From Lama glama (lineage: Eukaryota): a stretch of 64,000 bases of DNA. The notes beneath the pieces are model-generated. The model had not been told where the DNA came from and did no database searches. It worked only from the letters and a program-made list of their open reading frames with translations. How positions within the stretch are numbered: position 1 is the stretch's first letter; every line of letters starts with the position of its first letter. The stretch covers positions 92,258,001-92,322,000 of the forward strand of contig CM052817.1 in the NCBI GenBank assembly GCA_028534125.1, read 5' to 3'. Positions 14,304-27,563 of this stretch are shown here, piece by piece. A program made the translations under genes and the position numbers.

Positions 14304-14637
14304 TGTTGACCTAAGTCAAACAGACTGCCAGGTATTTCTCCAGCAAAGATGGATTCATGCCAGATCAGCAGAGAACTGCAGTTTGGGGTCTGCAACCATG
14401 ACAAGTCATATCCAAGTCCCCAGCAAGAATGGAGAGAACTCTTTCATAGAGGGAGAAAGGAAGTGGGGAGGGCGACAGCAAACCAAGAGTCCCTGATCTT
14501 TTATTGGCTGAGTCCTTGTCAGGAAAGAAGAGGATCTTTCTTCTTCCTGTTGGGCTCTATTATCACCGAGCATGAGCACGCCCCTTCTGGACTCACGACG
14601 ATTTTAATTGAAGTTTTGGTTCATTAATTTTTTTACA
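14304..14637 (-). mobile_element. Solo ERV LTR (~334 bp)
   Basis: TG...CA termini, a near-matching 4-bp flank (CTTC/CTTT) and LTR-like composition with CCAATAAAA on the minus strand. Family not assigned. Confidence 0.55.
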
Positions 14638-15209
14638 CTTTCCAGTCATACCTAAGGCAGGGGCATCTTTTGATGGCTGAGGGGTCCTGTCTGCCGGCAT
14701 AGCTCATGTGGTGCTTCCCCTGTGGGTTCTTGCAGCCTCCTCCTGCTCTATTACAAGGCCTCCTTTGATTGCCAGTCCCAGGACAGGAACCGTTTTTCCA
14801 GTCTGGGAAAGGCTCTTTTTCCTTCTGCAGTTCTCTTTGCTTCTTCTCACAAACTCCTAAGTGCTCTTTCTCAGCAAACCTGCTAAGTTATACTGCAGGC
14901 TCAGGCTTCAGGAAACAAAACCCAGAAATTTTTGGAACTTACTTCTCTCTGTCCTACCACATACCTCCCTTGAGGCACTGAAACACAGAATCAGCTCCAA
15001 GTTTGAGTGAGAGAAACCTATGGAAAGGAAAATCCAAATAAATCAGTGACACAAAATATTATTCCATCATATCTGTATACCCTCTTCATGGCTGATTCCC
15101 AGTTCTAGTGTCCAAACATACCTACAGAGATATATGGGGGCTGTTGCAAAAATTCTCCAAAACTTTCAAAATCACATTAATGCTCATGACTTTGAAATTT
15201 TAAAACATA

Positions 15210-18200
15210 AATAATGGTTCTGGTTAAAGCTCAAAGATTTAAGAGCTGGAAAAAGCATTTTTCCCATCCTAACAATAAGAAAAAAGCTGGATAAATATAA
15301 AACTAACAACTTTTCTTGAACCTATCAAAGAACTGATATTGCAGGCAAACAACTAACTTAAAACCAAGAGAAAGACAGAGGACTGCAAGGAGAAATGGGT
15401 TTCAAGTGTTTGCTCACCTGAGACGGATGCTGCCAAATGCCATAAAAGCTGGTAAGAAGATTAAACTAGAAATGCTGAAAGAATTGCTAAAGGCCAAGTA
15501 TGGGCCAGCATGAGAGTGTGAAGTCCCAGGGGGCTGCAGAAATAGGAGGGTTCACACTCTTTTGTAGGTTTTTCTTTCTGGAATATTGGGTGCTTACAGG
15601 GAAGATGGGGAGAATCCTATGAAAATGTCCTCTAAGGTGCCAGTTGGCTAAGGAGAGTAGCAGCCACAGCCCAAACCCTGAAACAGCTTTGATCTCCCCA
15701 ACCCAACAAAGCCTTAACCTGCAGAAGAAAGGGGTTCAAAACTGTATCCCGAGGGCCCTAGTGGAAACAGACTGCAGCAAGGAGAGGAGAACAGGGAGAA
15801 AAAGAAGTTCCTGCCCTGGGTCCAGCACTACCGCTGGAGACCTAGGCTTGAGATGAGGCTTCATGAGAACCTAAGAGGTCAGCCTCCCCCATCTCCTCCT
15901 AGCAACTAACCAGAGTTGCAGTAGGACACAGCTGGGAGAGATACAAGATGTAGACTCTCTCTGCGGGTTAGCCCAATTGAAGACCCCAAACCAAGAGGGG
16001 AGACAAGCAGGGGGAGGGTGTAGCTCAAGTGGTAGAGTGCATGCTTAGCAGGCACAGGGTCCTGGGTTCAATTCCCAGTACCTCCTCTAAAAAGAAAGAA
16101 ATAAGTAAATCTAATTACCTCCCCTCCAAAATAAAAAAAAAAAAAGGGGAGACAAAAACAAAGTGACACTAGAAGGCTCCAGAGGGTAACCATAGTACCA
16201 ACGAACTCTCAGTCTAACTCCCACAATTCCCACATTAAAGGCCTAGCAGGGGAAAGGCATGCTCAAGCCTGAGAATAAAAAAAAAAGCTTACTTAGTATC
16301 TACTGTCCTATATAATATTTTCAACTTTCAACAAAAAAAATGACATGACATTCAAAAAAGCAAGAAAAAACATACTCTGGAAAGACAAAGCAATCATCAG
16401 AATCAGATGCATGTTGGATTTATCAAATAAGGAATTTAAAATTACTATGATTAATATGTTAAGGGATCTAATGGAAAAAGTAGGCAAAATGCAAAAATCA
16501 GATAATTTCAGTAGAGGGATAGAAATAATAAGAGACTCAAATGAAAATGTGAGAAGTCAAAACTTCAGTAACAGATATGAAGAATATCTTTGACAAGCTC
16601 ATTAACAGACTTAAAATAGTTAAGGAAAGAATTAGTGAAGCTGACTATTGGTCAACAAAATTTACCCAAACTAAAACACAAGGAGATAAAAGAATAAGAA
16701 AAAAATAAATAAAAAAAGAATCTAAGGGCTGTGGGACAACATCAAACAGTCTAACACACGTGTGATTTAGAATCTCAGTTGGAGAAAAGGGAGAAAATGG
16801 ACAGAAGAAATATTCAAGGAATAACAGCTGAAAATTTTTTAAATTAGAAGCAAACACCAAATCACAGATCCAAGAAGAATTAAAAAAACAACAAAAACAA
16901 AACAAAGCAAATAAAAGAACAAAACAAAACAAAACGTAAAACACCAAGACATGCCAAAGACAAAGAGAAAATCTTGAAGGAGACCGGAGGGGGCAAAAAA
17001 CATTATCTACAGAGGGGTGAGGGTAAGCATTAACAGCAGACTTCTTGTGAGAAACTAAAACAGAGTGATGTCTTCAATATGCTGAAAGGCGGGACAATGT
17101 CAATCCATAATTCTATATCCAGAAAAAGTGTCCATCTTAAGTAGGGAAAGAACAAAGACTTTCTCAGACAAACAAAAATGCAGGGGCCTGTGTACCAGCA
17201 GTAGACCTATCTTACAAGAAATATTAAAATAAGTTTTTCAAGGTAGATATATGTCAGAAAATTGGACATGCACTAAGAAATGAAGAGTGTCAGAAATGGA
17301 ATAAATAAATGGTTTATAAAATCATTTCCAACTTATTTTAATTGCTCTAAAGGATGACTGTTTAAAGCCACAAAATTAACAATGTATTGTGTGTTTATAA
17401 CCTATGTACAAGTGAAGTGTGTGGGAACAAAGGCACATCAGAGGGAGAGAGGAACTGAGAATGTAGTGTTATAAGATTTTGGAACTACATGTATAATAGT
17501 ATAATATTATTTAAAGGTGGATTCAGATTTTTTTAAATGCATATTAAAAACCCTGAGGCAACCATTAGAAAAGTTTTTAAATGTTGAATTAAACCCAGAG
17601 AAGACAGAAAAGGATGTAAAAACAAAAAAATAATAAGTGAAACAAATAAAAAACAGCTAGTAAGATGGCAGATTTTAGTCCAACTATATCAATAACTATC
17701 TTTAATGTTAAGAGGGTAATCACACCAGTTAAAAGACAGAAATATCAGAATTGACTGAAAACAAAACAAGACCCAAGTATATGTGGTCTATGAGAAACCT
17801 ACTTGAAATATAGAGGCATGTTTAGGTTAAAAATAAAAGGATGGAAAAAGATACATCATGCAAACACAAAGTCATTTCATAGCAAGAAATATTATCAGAG
17901 ATAAAGAGGATATTACATTACGAAAAAGGTCAATTCTCCAAAAAAAAAAAAATCTTAAATGTGTTTGCACCCAACAACAGAGCTTTAAAATTCACGAGGC
18001 AAAACCTGGGAGATTATCTTAAAGGAGAAATAGGCAAACCTGCAATTTTAGATGGAGATTTCAACACTCCTCTCTCAGAAACTCTTAGAACAAGTAGGCA
18101 GAAAATCAGTAAAGATATAGATGACCTAAATAACACCATCAACCAACTTGTCTCATTTGGCATTTATAGAGCACTGACTCCAACAGCAGCAGAATATACC

Positions 18201-20945
18201 TTCTCAAGTGCACAAAGAGTATTGTCAGCCATATTCTGTTAACACTTTAAAAGAACAGGAAATATACATAGAATATTATGAAACCATAGTGTAATTAAAT
18301 TAGAAATCAAGAATAGAAAGGTATCTGGTAAATACCCAAATATTTGAAAATTAAGCAACACATTTCTAAATAATCCATGGTTCAAAGAGGAAGCCTCCAA
18401 GGAAATTTTTAAATATTTTGAATTAAATGAAAATAAAGATAAAACATATCAAATTTTGTAGGATGCAGCTCAAGTGTTCTTAGACAGAAATTTATAGCAT
18501 TAAATGCTGATATTAAAAAAGAGCTCCAGAAAGATCTAAATTCAGTAAAGTAAGCTTCCAACTTAAAGGGGAGCTAATTAAATCTTAAGCAAGCAGATGA
18601 AAGGAAATAATATAAAACAGAAATCAATGAAATTAAAAACAGAAAAATAATACATTAAATCAATAAAAACAAAAGCTGATTTTTTTGAAATTATAAAGTC
18701 ATAAAATTGATAAGCCTTTCATCAGGCTGACCAAGAAAAAGAGAAAGACAGAATTTACCCATACTAGGAATTCAAAAGGACATCACTACTGACCTCATAA
18801 GCACTAAAAGCATAATAAGGGAATACTACAAACAACTCTTGTGTTTATAAATTTATCAACTTAGATGAAATGGATCAATTCCTTGAAAAGCCCAAACTAC
18901 CAAAACTCATTCAAGAAGAAATGCTTAAGCTAAATAGTCCTATATCTATTAAATAAGTTAAATTTGTAGTTAAAAAATTTCAAAAAAAGAAAACCCAGAT
19001 GGTTTCACTAGTAAATTCCATAAAATGTTTAAGGAAAAAATAATGTCAACGGTATGTTCCAGAATAAAGAGGAGGTAACATTTCCCAACTCATTTTATGA
19101 GGTCAGCATTATCCTAAAGCCCAAACCAAACTGTATACCGCAGGAACAGAAAACTATAGACCAAGGTTCTTCATAAATATAAAGGAAAATACTTCTCAAC
19201 AAAACATTAGCAATACATAAAAAAGAGAATATATGACCAAATGGGATTATCCCAGATCCCAAGGCTGGTTCAAATTCAAAACTCAATCAACATAATTCAT
19301 TATATTAACAGCCTAAAAAACACACACACACATGCACACACACACATTTATTTCAATACAAGTGAAAACGAAATTCAACAGCCATTTGTGATAAAATTCT
19401 TGGAAAATTAAGAATGGAAGGGAACTTCCTTAATCTCATATAGGGAATCTATGAATAACTTATAGATAACATCAGACTTAAGGGTAAGATGCTGAAAGCT
19501 TACCCCCTAGTTTAGGAATAAGATAAGAATGTTCACTCACTATACCAATTCAACATCATACTGGAAGTCATAGCCTGTGAAATAAGCTAAGAAACACAAG
19601 TAAAAGGCACACAGATTTAAAACGAAAAAGGTAAGACTGTCATTATTTGAAGACTACATGGTTGTTAACACAGAGAATTCCAAAGATCTACAAAAACACT
19701 CCTGGAACAAACAAGTAAGTTTTAAAAGGTCAATATACCAAAGCCAATCATATTCCTATATTCTGGCAATGAATAATTGAAACTTGATATTAAGAAACAA
19801 TACCACTTATAATTATACAAAAAAGTTAAAAACTTAGGTATAAATCTAACAGAATATGTGCAAGATCTATATACTAAAAACCATACTGATGAAAGATAGT
19901 GAGGAAAATCTAAATATCTTGAGATATACTGTGTTCATAATTTAGAAGCATCAGTATTATTAAGGTATCATTTCTCCCAAAATTAAACTATAGATTCAGT
20001 GCAATCTCAATCAAAATCCCAGTAAGTATTTTATAGATGATGAGAAGCCAATTCTAAAATTGATATGGAAAGGCAAAGGACATGGAAAAGCTAAAACAAT
20101 TCTGAAAAAGAAAAAAAAGTTGGAGGACTCACACTGTAGGATTTCAAGACATACTATAAAGCTACAATAATCAGGACTGTGTCACAATGGCTAAAAGACA
20201 GATGTGTGGAACAATGAAATTGAATATAGAGAGCTCATAAATAGACCTATAGAAATAGTCTACTGATTTTTAACAAAGATGCTAAAGCAATGCAATGAAC
20301 ATAGGAGAGTTTTTTCAAAGAACAATGCTGGAACAATTGGACATCCATATGCAAATAAATAAACCTCTACATATACCTCATTTCTTGAACAAAAGTTAAC
20401 TCAATATGGATCACAAAACTAAATGTATAACCTAAATGTATAACACAAGAAGTTATATAAGAATGTTTATAACAACTTTATTCATAGTCATCCCAAACTG
20501 GAAACAATCAAGATGTCCTTCAACAGGGTAATGGATAAATGAACTTGATATATCCATACACTGGATTATTACTCAGCAATAAAAATGAATGTGTTTTTGA
20601 TTCCCGCACAATAATGAGGATAAATCATAAATTGATTCTGCAAGTGAAAGAAGTCAGACTCAAAAGGCTACATACTATATGATTATATCTTTATGAAATT
20701 ACTGAAAAGGCACATCTAAAGTGATAGAAAACAGGTCGGTGGTTGCCCCAGGGCTGGGGGAAAGGGGAGAGGATTTCTACAAAGGGGCTCAACCAGGTAA
20801 TTTTTAGGTTGATGGGATGTTCTATATGGTACTAGGGTGATGGATACAAGACTCTGTGCATTTGTCAAACTCCCATAGAACTGTGCACTTTACTTAACTT
20901 TATTGTATGCATATTGAAAAAAAAAATCAACCAGGATGTCAAGGA
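15210..20945 (+). mobile_element. Near full-length, heavily decayed ancient L1 (L1MC/L1MD-like 3' end) with an internal ORF2 deletion and a nested SINE
   Basis: ORF1-like remnants (16345-16593) and endonuclease motifs (APNNRA...GDFNTPLS, 17961-18242). RT-region remnants and an L1M 3' UTR follow. Confidence 0.85.
16010..16144 (+). mobile_element. tRNA-Ala-derived camelid SINE (Vic-1 type), inserted in an old L1
   Basis: Head GGGGGAGGGTGTAGCTCAAGTGGTAGAG, with A box at 16021-16032, B box GGTTCAATTCC at 16065-16075 and an A-rich tail. TSD-like AGGGGAGACAA occurs at 15996-16006 and 16145-16155. Confidence 0.88.
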
Positions 20946-21669
20946 GATTTTTATTGGAATAAGGGATGTAGAAAAATACTACTTGCTGAGTAGCAACTTT
21001 TAAAGTATGTCAAAGAGTAGAAAAAACAAACAACATTAAATATAGTGTCATGACTTCAAAAAAGTCTTCCCTTTTGCCCACTCCTAATGATGGACCAATG
21101 CTATGCTAATGGAAGCTCCAGAGGAGCAAGGCCTGTGTTTGTCTCCCTCTAGAGGCTGGTGGGTTACAGTACTTGAGTAATCTACAGACAACCCTTTTGA
21201 GAAAAACTTCTTATGGGTTGTCAACTCACAATCTCGATGTCCCTTATCATCTTGTTTTAAGAATATGTATAAACAAACAAATATATAAATTTTTATTATA
21301 ATTCATATACAGCTATGAAGTCCCAACAAAATTATAAATCAGACACAAAGAAAACTGTAACTCTAATAAAACTCAACCTAATACCAATAAATTGGTGAAC
21401 TCAAATCACTCCTCACAATGTGGTTGGGTCCTTTGAAGCAAGCATCCCTGACGACCGTTAGGACTACCCAATGTTTCTGCCATTATTTTTTCTCTGCAAA
21501 CGATTACAAAAACCTCATTTTTTACAGCATCTCTGATGTCATATATGATGGATTGAAGAGTTTGGGAATCACCTCCCACGTTAACACCATTATGACTACT
21601 ACTAGACCCTGTTATAATTATTCTATTCCCATCTGCATCTAGCCTGTGATAAATGAAATTTAATTTGAG

Positions 21670-21828
21670 TTAAACTTGGTCCTTGTCCTCTGAGGAGCCT
21701 GAGTGTGAAGCCCATTGCAAGGGTGCAGATGGACACGACTGCATGTTCAAGGAGAAAAGACTTTGTTGGCGATCGTGAGGGAAGGCTCTGCTATCTTTGT
21801 CCTGAGTCTCTGCCTGCTTTGGAAAGTC
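21670..21828 (-). other. Candidate antisense terminal exon (open part DFPKQAETQ...EDKDQV*)
   Basis: The minus-strand acceptor is ttgcctctttctctcgtcag|GAC and the phase-0 frame stays open to TAA at 21670-21672. Minus-strand ATTAAA (21659-21664) and AATAAA (21292-21297) lie downstream. Confidence 0.3.
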
Positions 21829-23379
21829 CTGACGAGAGAAAGAGGCAAATACCACCCTCAGGTGGGATTTCAAAATCTCGCACAACTACACTGATCTGTT
21901 TTGAACTATCTGGGACTCCCTAAGGTTACAGTAATGCTTTCTACTGTGCTTTCAAGATGGGCAAAAAAAAAAGGAAAATCACTTACTAGTGGGCAGCACT
22001 CATAACATCTATTTGAATAGAAATTTTTAAAAAAATTGTTTGACATCTGATTCTGTTGATTGCTCATGATTTGGAGAAATTCATGCCCTAACAATGAATA
22101 GTCAAGTGTTAATTCTGGAAAAAATTTTCCTGTATTTCATATGAAAAGAAAACACACTTGAAGTTTTACAGTGGTGCAGCCAGCTTTTAATTGAGTCTGT
22201 CAGAAAGCAAGTTAGGAAGGTGGACTAGGGCTTTGTCAGAGAAAGATACTGACTGGCATATTTTTCTCTAGCGCTGAATGTGGCTCCTGGTTGGGCAGCT
22301 CAACAGACAAGAGAGTCAGCAATCTTCCTGCTCCCTTTGTGCCCTGCACGTGCTCCCAACACCAGGCTTGAGAAACAGCTGCAGGGAAGTGAGAGATGGA
22401 GTCGGATCCTGGCAGCCACAGTCACCAGCCACACTATCCTTGGGCAAATCACCAGCTTCTCTGTGCTTTCATCTTCTCGAAACTAACGGTTATAGTGATG
22501 AGGTTCAAATGAGGAGACACACGTAACACCCGGAGAGAAAAGCTTAATACTGGAACACACACTCTATAAATGTTAGCTCTTATTACTGTCATACTTAACA
22601 CACTGGGTTGGAATCACCTATGTCCACTTTTGCTTTAAAAGTGGTCTGTGAGTTCTGGGAGGGCAGGGACCATAACTTCTTCCCCTCTGTATCCACGGTC
22701 CTGAGCACACAACACTCAATCAAGGTGTTTTGAACTGAAGAGAGGGGATAGAATTGGAAAATTATTCGAGAGAGCAAAGAGATTGTAACCAAGCAAGGGA
22801 GAGAAATGAGTAATTTTCACTTTGGAAGACAGTAATAGCAGTATGCCACCTTAGAGTCAACCTCTGTACTGACATAATTTCATCTCAATGCATTTAACAA
22901 AATTTTCCTCACAGAGCCTTTGGGTAGACTACTGGGAGCAGTTCTGTAACTACAAGTCGTTTTCACTGCTACAAAATAGACCTGAATGCTAATAAGCAAA
23001 CCAATATTTAAAAAGTCTTATCCCAAGGTGCTGGAAATATTTTTGATTTGAGTGTTGGATATATATTATATATCTATAATCTCACAATTTGCACACTTTA
23101 CTATATAAAACAAAGTCTCCAAAGGCTCCAAAGTCTTAAAGGCCCTTGGCCCATCAATAGCAATTCCATCTGACACATGTTCACAAGATCACAATGGCTA
23201 CCCCGACGGTCCTTTCCTTGGTACTTCCAACCTACTGCTCCCAAAGGCAACCTGTGTATACACAGTATACACAAATACGGGAAATCTCCTGTACTCACAA
23301 TTAACAGGCAAAGCCCTCAAGGCTCCAAAACACTGAAGCTTTTAGCTAAAGAGCACCGAAAATTAATGTTCACATAATC

Positions 23380-23398
23380 TATCCACCAGAGGGAGCTA
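23380..23398 (+). promoter_or_regulatory. Candidate CTCF site
   Basis: TATCCACCAGAGGGAGCTA resembles the CTCF core CCAC(C/T)AG(A/G)GGGCGC. Confidence 0.5.
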
Positions 23399-23799
23399 AC
23401 AGAGCCCAAATAATAAGAACATACTGACCCTAGAAAGCCAACCAATCAAGCTTTTCAGACAAGGACTGCAGTTTCCACGCACAAGCCAAGTATCAATTTC
23501 TTGGTTTCTAGGAAGGTATGTGAAATTTTATTGAAGTCAGATTTAATTCATGGGTTTATTTTTTTTCTCCTCAACAGTAGACATGTTTTAATAGTAAGAG
23601 GCAACTGACCCTGGAGGTATTAATGCTAATAAATGTCTATGGACATGAAAATAAGGATAGTACATCTTTGAAAAATACTTTACAGATTAGGAAGAATTTT
23701 CAGGTGGAGAAGTGAGTGCTGGCAATTTTCCTCCTTAATACGTGAATTTAATTTATAAACACAATTTGTGCCTGTTAGAGATGGAAAAAACTTTTGTAG

Positions 23800-23970
23800 G
23801 ACCATGTAGGACCACGAGTAGCATATAAACAAATTAGAAAAAGGCACACCTCTGAAGCCTGGGACATGGCTTGGTGAGCAGAGCAAGGGATGGATTTTAA
23901 GCCCTGCTTTCCGCTAGCAGGCAGCTCTGCACAGGAACAATTGCACAACCATATTCGGCGGCCCTAGAGT
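23800..23970. mobile_element. hAT-Tip100 (MER91-like) remnant
   Basis: Terminal ttgcacaaccatattcggcggccct. Confidence 0.45.
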
Positions 23971-24379
23971 CTGGGCAGTGGTAGCTCCAAGGGGATGCTT
24001 GAGGGTAGTTTTTAATCCTCCCTCTCCCCAATTATTTGATAAGAATGGAATGGAATTTTTTTATCTCACCTAAAGTGCAAGTCCAAGACAAGTGGCCCAC
24101 CTGCCCCCTTCCAATCAGAATGCCGACCTGAAGTTTTTCCTAAAGAGAAATTCTGGATCCATCACTCTATGGAAACAGACATTTTCCATCCTGTTCTCCT
24201 CTGCTTTCAATCCACCCTGCTGGAAAGGTCTTGCTGATATTTTCCAAGTTGCCTTTTCCTTTATAATTTCCATTTCCTGATCACTCCCTACCTCCTTATT
24301 CTTGTAGCCATGAATTCTTTTATGGGTCAAAAATTTTTGTAGGAGGCAACTGAAACCAGGCCTGCATGTAGGCCTGAAG

Positions 24380-25758
24380 GCTTGCATCTTATAAGTGATC
24401 AATTCTCAGTTCTTACCTTATTTGACCTGACAACAGCTCTTAACCCTATTGATCACTCTGTCCTTTGGAAAGTTTCTTCATTTGGACACAGGGAAGAAAG
24501 TCTCTTCCAGGACACAGCTCTCCCATGTCCTTCTCCATGTTGGCTGCTCCTTCTCAGTCTCCTGCACTGATTCCTCTTCATCTTCCTGATTTCCAAGGGT
24601 TGACATCCACTAGCCATCCTCTCCTTTGTTCTGTCTACACCACTGCCTCTGTGACCTCAGGTCCTTTACACACCATCCATTCCGGACAACTCCCAAGTTT
24701 ATATCTTCCCCTGGCTCCTGCTCTGAATTCCAGACTCATGTTCAATGGCCTCCTCAACATCTCCATTGGATATTTAAAGACATCTTAAACTTGAAAGGCC
24801 CAAAAACAAACTCTTAATTTTCACCCCCAACCATTCACACCTCTGACAGCCCTTTCCACCTGGGCAAACAGTACCTCCTTTTTTAGCTGCTCACACAGAA
24901 AGCCTTGAAGTCATCCTTGGCTCATCTCTTGCACTGCCTAACCACATCAGCAACATCAGTTGGATCCAGATTTGAAATATGTCCAGAATTGGACTACTTC
25001 ATACCAGCTATCACTCAGGTCTAAGTCAGCAACACCTCTTAGCCAGGATTATGATGACAGTCTTCTAATTCACTTCCCTAATTCTTCCCTTCCTCCCCTC
25101 CCCACTCTCCAAGCGGAGTTAACTTTCTTGCTGGCAGTCAGGGTGATGCTAAGTGAACCTAAGTGAGATTGCGTGTCTCCTCTGCATGTGGCCCACCTCC
25201 CAGAGAGAAACTCAAGGAGCTTGAAAGAGTCTGGAAGGCTCTACATGGAAGGCTTAGCCCTCCGCTGTGTATCTGGGTATCACTCCATCACTGTCCTTTG
25301 GGAACCTTCTGTGAACATGCCGACCCTGCTCCCACCTCTGGGAGGTACCTTTGTACTTTCTGGTCTTTCATCCTTCAGATGTCCTCACACTAACTCTTTC
25401 AACTCCTTTAGTCTCTGCTCACATATCATTTTCTCAGACAGGTCCTCCCTGATGCACTGTATTAAATAATACCACACTCCTAACACCCTCTGTCTCCCTT
25501 ACCCTGCATTATTTTCCTTCATAGGACTTCACAATGCTTCTCTCCACTGTGTGTTTTGATATATATATTTGTATATACATATAGTACATATATATACGTA
25601 TTTGTGTATGTATATGTGTGTGTGATCATTGTCTGTCTTCCCCACCAAGAATGTAAAGTCTGTGCCATAAAGCATTTTAATTCATTGTTATCTAACTCCA
25701 GCACCTAGGAAAATGCCTAGCACATAGCAGGCGTTCAATACATACTTCCTGAATGAAT
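24380..25758 (+). mobile_element. LINE-2 fragment with 3' end
   Basis: Pyrimidine-rich L2 body (LFDLTTALNPIDHS RT-like motif) and terminus gcctagcacatagcaggcgttcaata...gaatgaat. Confidence 0.8.
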
Positions 25759-25883
25759 TTAGTCAGTTTATACACTGACTAAAAGTTACATGCAATTTTT
25801 AAAATAAAATGCATTAAAATTTACCTTAAAAATTTCCATAATTGGACATAATTGAAAGGCATTTAAAGAAATATGGTATTTAC

Positions 25884-25951
25884 CTCTGAAGCACACTCAA
25901 GCCACGTTTCGATGAACAATGGACCGAAATCCACCATCCTTGCGAGTTTGC
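25884..25951 (-). other. Candidate 68-nt antisense internal exon (SCOC-antisense-like transcript)
   Basis: The minus strand reads ttgttttgcctag|GCAAAC...TTCAGAG|gtaaat. It has 4 CpGs in 68 nt within an AT-rich context and contains AGGATGG. Confidence 0.35.
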
Positions 25952-26574
25952 CTAGGCAAAACAATAGCCACTAACTAACATTACTTAACACTTTGTTGGC
26001 CTTGTGTTGAATTACAAAATGTTAAATTTACTACATGTTTGTTTTCACCAATTGCCATCAAATTCTATTACTAAAGAGGATTTGTGTACATGTTATAGAC
26101 CCATCTAAATGAGTATATTATGTCGTGGTTCACTATTCTGGATGCTGAAGAATCCAGACTGATGTCTTATGAGGGAATATCCAACAGCAAAATCAGGAAT
26201 TGTGTTTCTATTTACCACCCTATTGCAAAAGCTAATTGTGTAGATAAAGATTTCTTAATGTAAGCTGTTAGCATATTAAAGAATATTTTCTGAAATTCAA
26301 TACATGATTCAAATGACATACAATTTAAATACACTTGTGAAAACCAAAAGATAAATTCATTTAAAACAGGGTATAACTAAGGAAAAAACTTTACTTAAAA
26401 TACCACACTCATAGCTAACTTAGTTGTACACTTAAAGAAGTGTACAAATCTAAAATTTCCTATTTCCTTCCTTACATATTTTAGTGTTTGATCCTTATCT
26501 TTAAACTCAACATGTAGATGTAAAAATACAATTTAATCAGATTGTGTATTTTAATGTCTGTGACTACAGAGGCC

Positions 26575-26785
26575 AAGCACTAGGGTGGTTGGCATATGGG
26601 CTTTGGGCCTGAATGTGCATCTGGTTCTGCCACTTCCTGGTTGTGGGTCTTGGGCAAAGTATCTTATTCAAGGGTGTCTGTTTTCTTAAGGGTTGTAGCG
26701 AGGAAATGTGAGATGGTTACAGGTGAAACACTTAGAATAGTGCTTAGCATAGAGTAATCACTCAACAAATACTAGCTGTTATTAA
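26575..26785 (+). mobile_element. MIR SINE
   Basis: Motifs ctgccacttcctggttgtgggtcttgggcaa and cacttagaatagtgcttagcatag. Confidence 0.7.
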
Positions 26786-27563
26786 TAGCTACACATAATG
26801 AAAACAAAGTTCTGCCATCATATCCCCTCTCTGTAGTTAATGGGCTGAATTAATCCAGTTTGCTCTAATGTCAAAAATATCTAAATAGTTTCATGTGAAA
26901 TCACTCCTAAAAAAAGGGAATCTTTTATACAGCAGAGGAATGCTTAGCAGCTTCTTTAGAGATGCCAGTTTCTCTCCAGGAATCTACTGATAACACACAC
27001 TTCAAATGTCATAATTGGTACTCAGAGCCCTTAGAGATGTTTCTTGAGTTATTGCTTAGAAAAAGCTCTGAGAAATCCCATTGTAAATACTAGCTTCCAA
27101 TGTGTTTCATTACTGATACTGATATTTTGAGATCATGATAGAATGTTTCATGTTGGACTTTCTTCAGCTATGTTACCCCCAACACCCATTAGCGTGCACA
27201 CACACACACTTCTTTCTCACACACCCCATTTAAAAATGAGATAAGATGATTTGTTATATAACTATATTGACCTTTATGTTTATGCTTTTGAATACTGTTT
27301 TAGGGAAGATTTTATTTTAATAAAGATTTGTATCCTTAACTTAACCTCCTTCCTAGCATTATTAATTCTGTGAGACATGGTAGATATGATACAAGGTCCA
27401 TTCTAGTCTTATTAATTCTATGATACATGGGAGACTAGTCATGCTGAATTTGAAATTGTAGGCTATGTTAGGACTTAAGGTACTTAATTCCATTCATTCA
27501 TTCATATTACAGACAGACAAGCAACCCACAGGTACTTTTTTACCTGATTCGATTTTCTTTATC

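Noticed and set aside
16010..16085. tRNA-Ala gene
   Set aside because: It has a SINE tail, poly(A) and TSD, and the stems are imperfect, so it is a tRNA-derived SINE.
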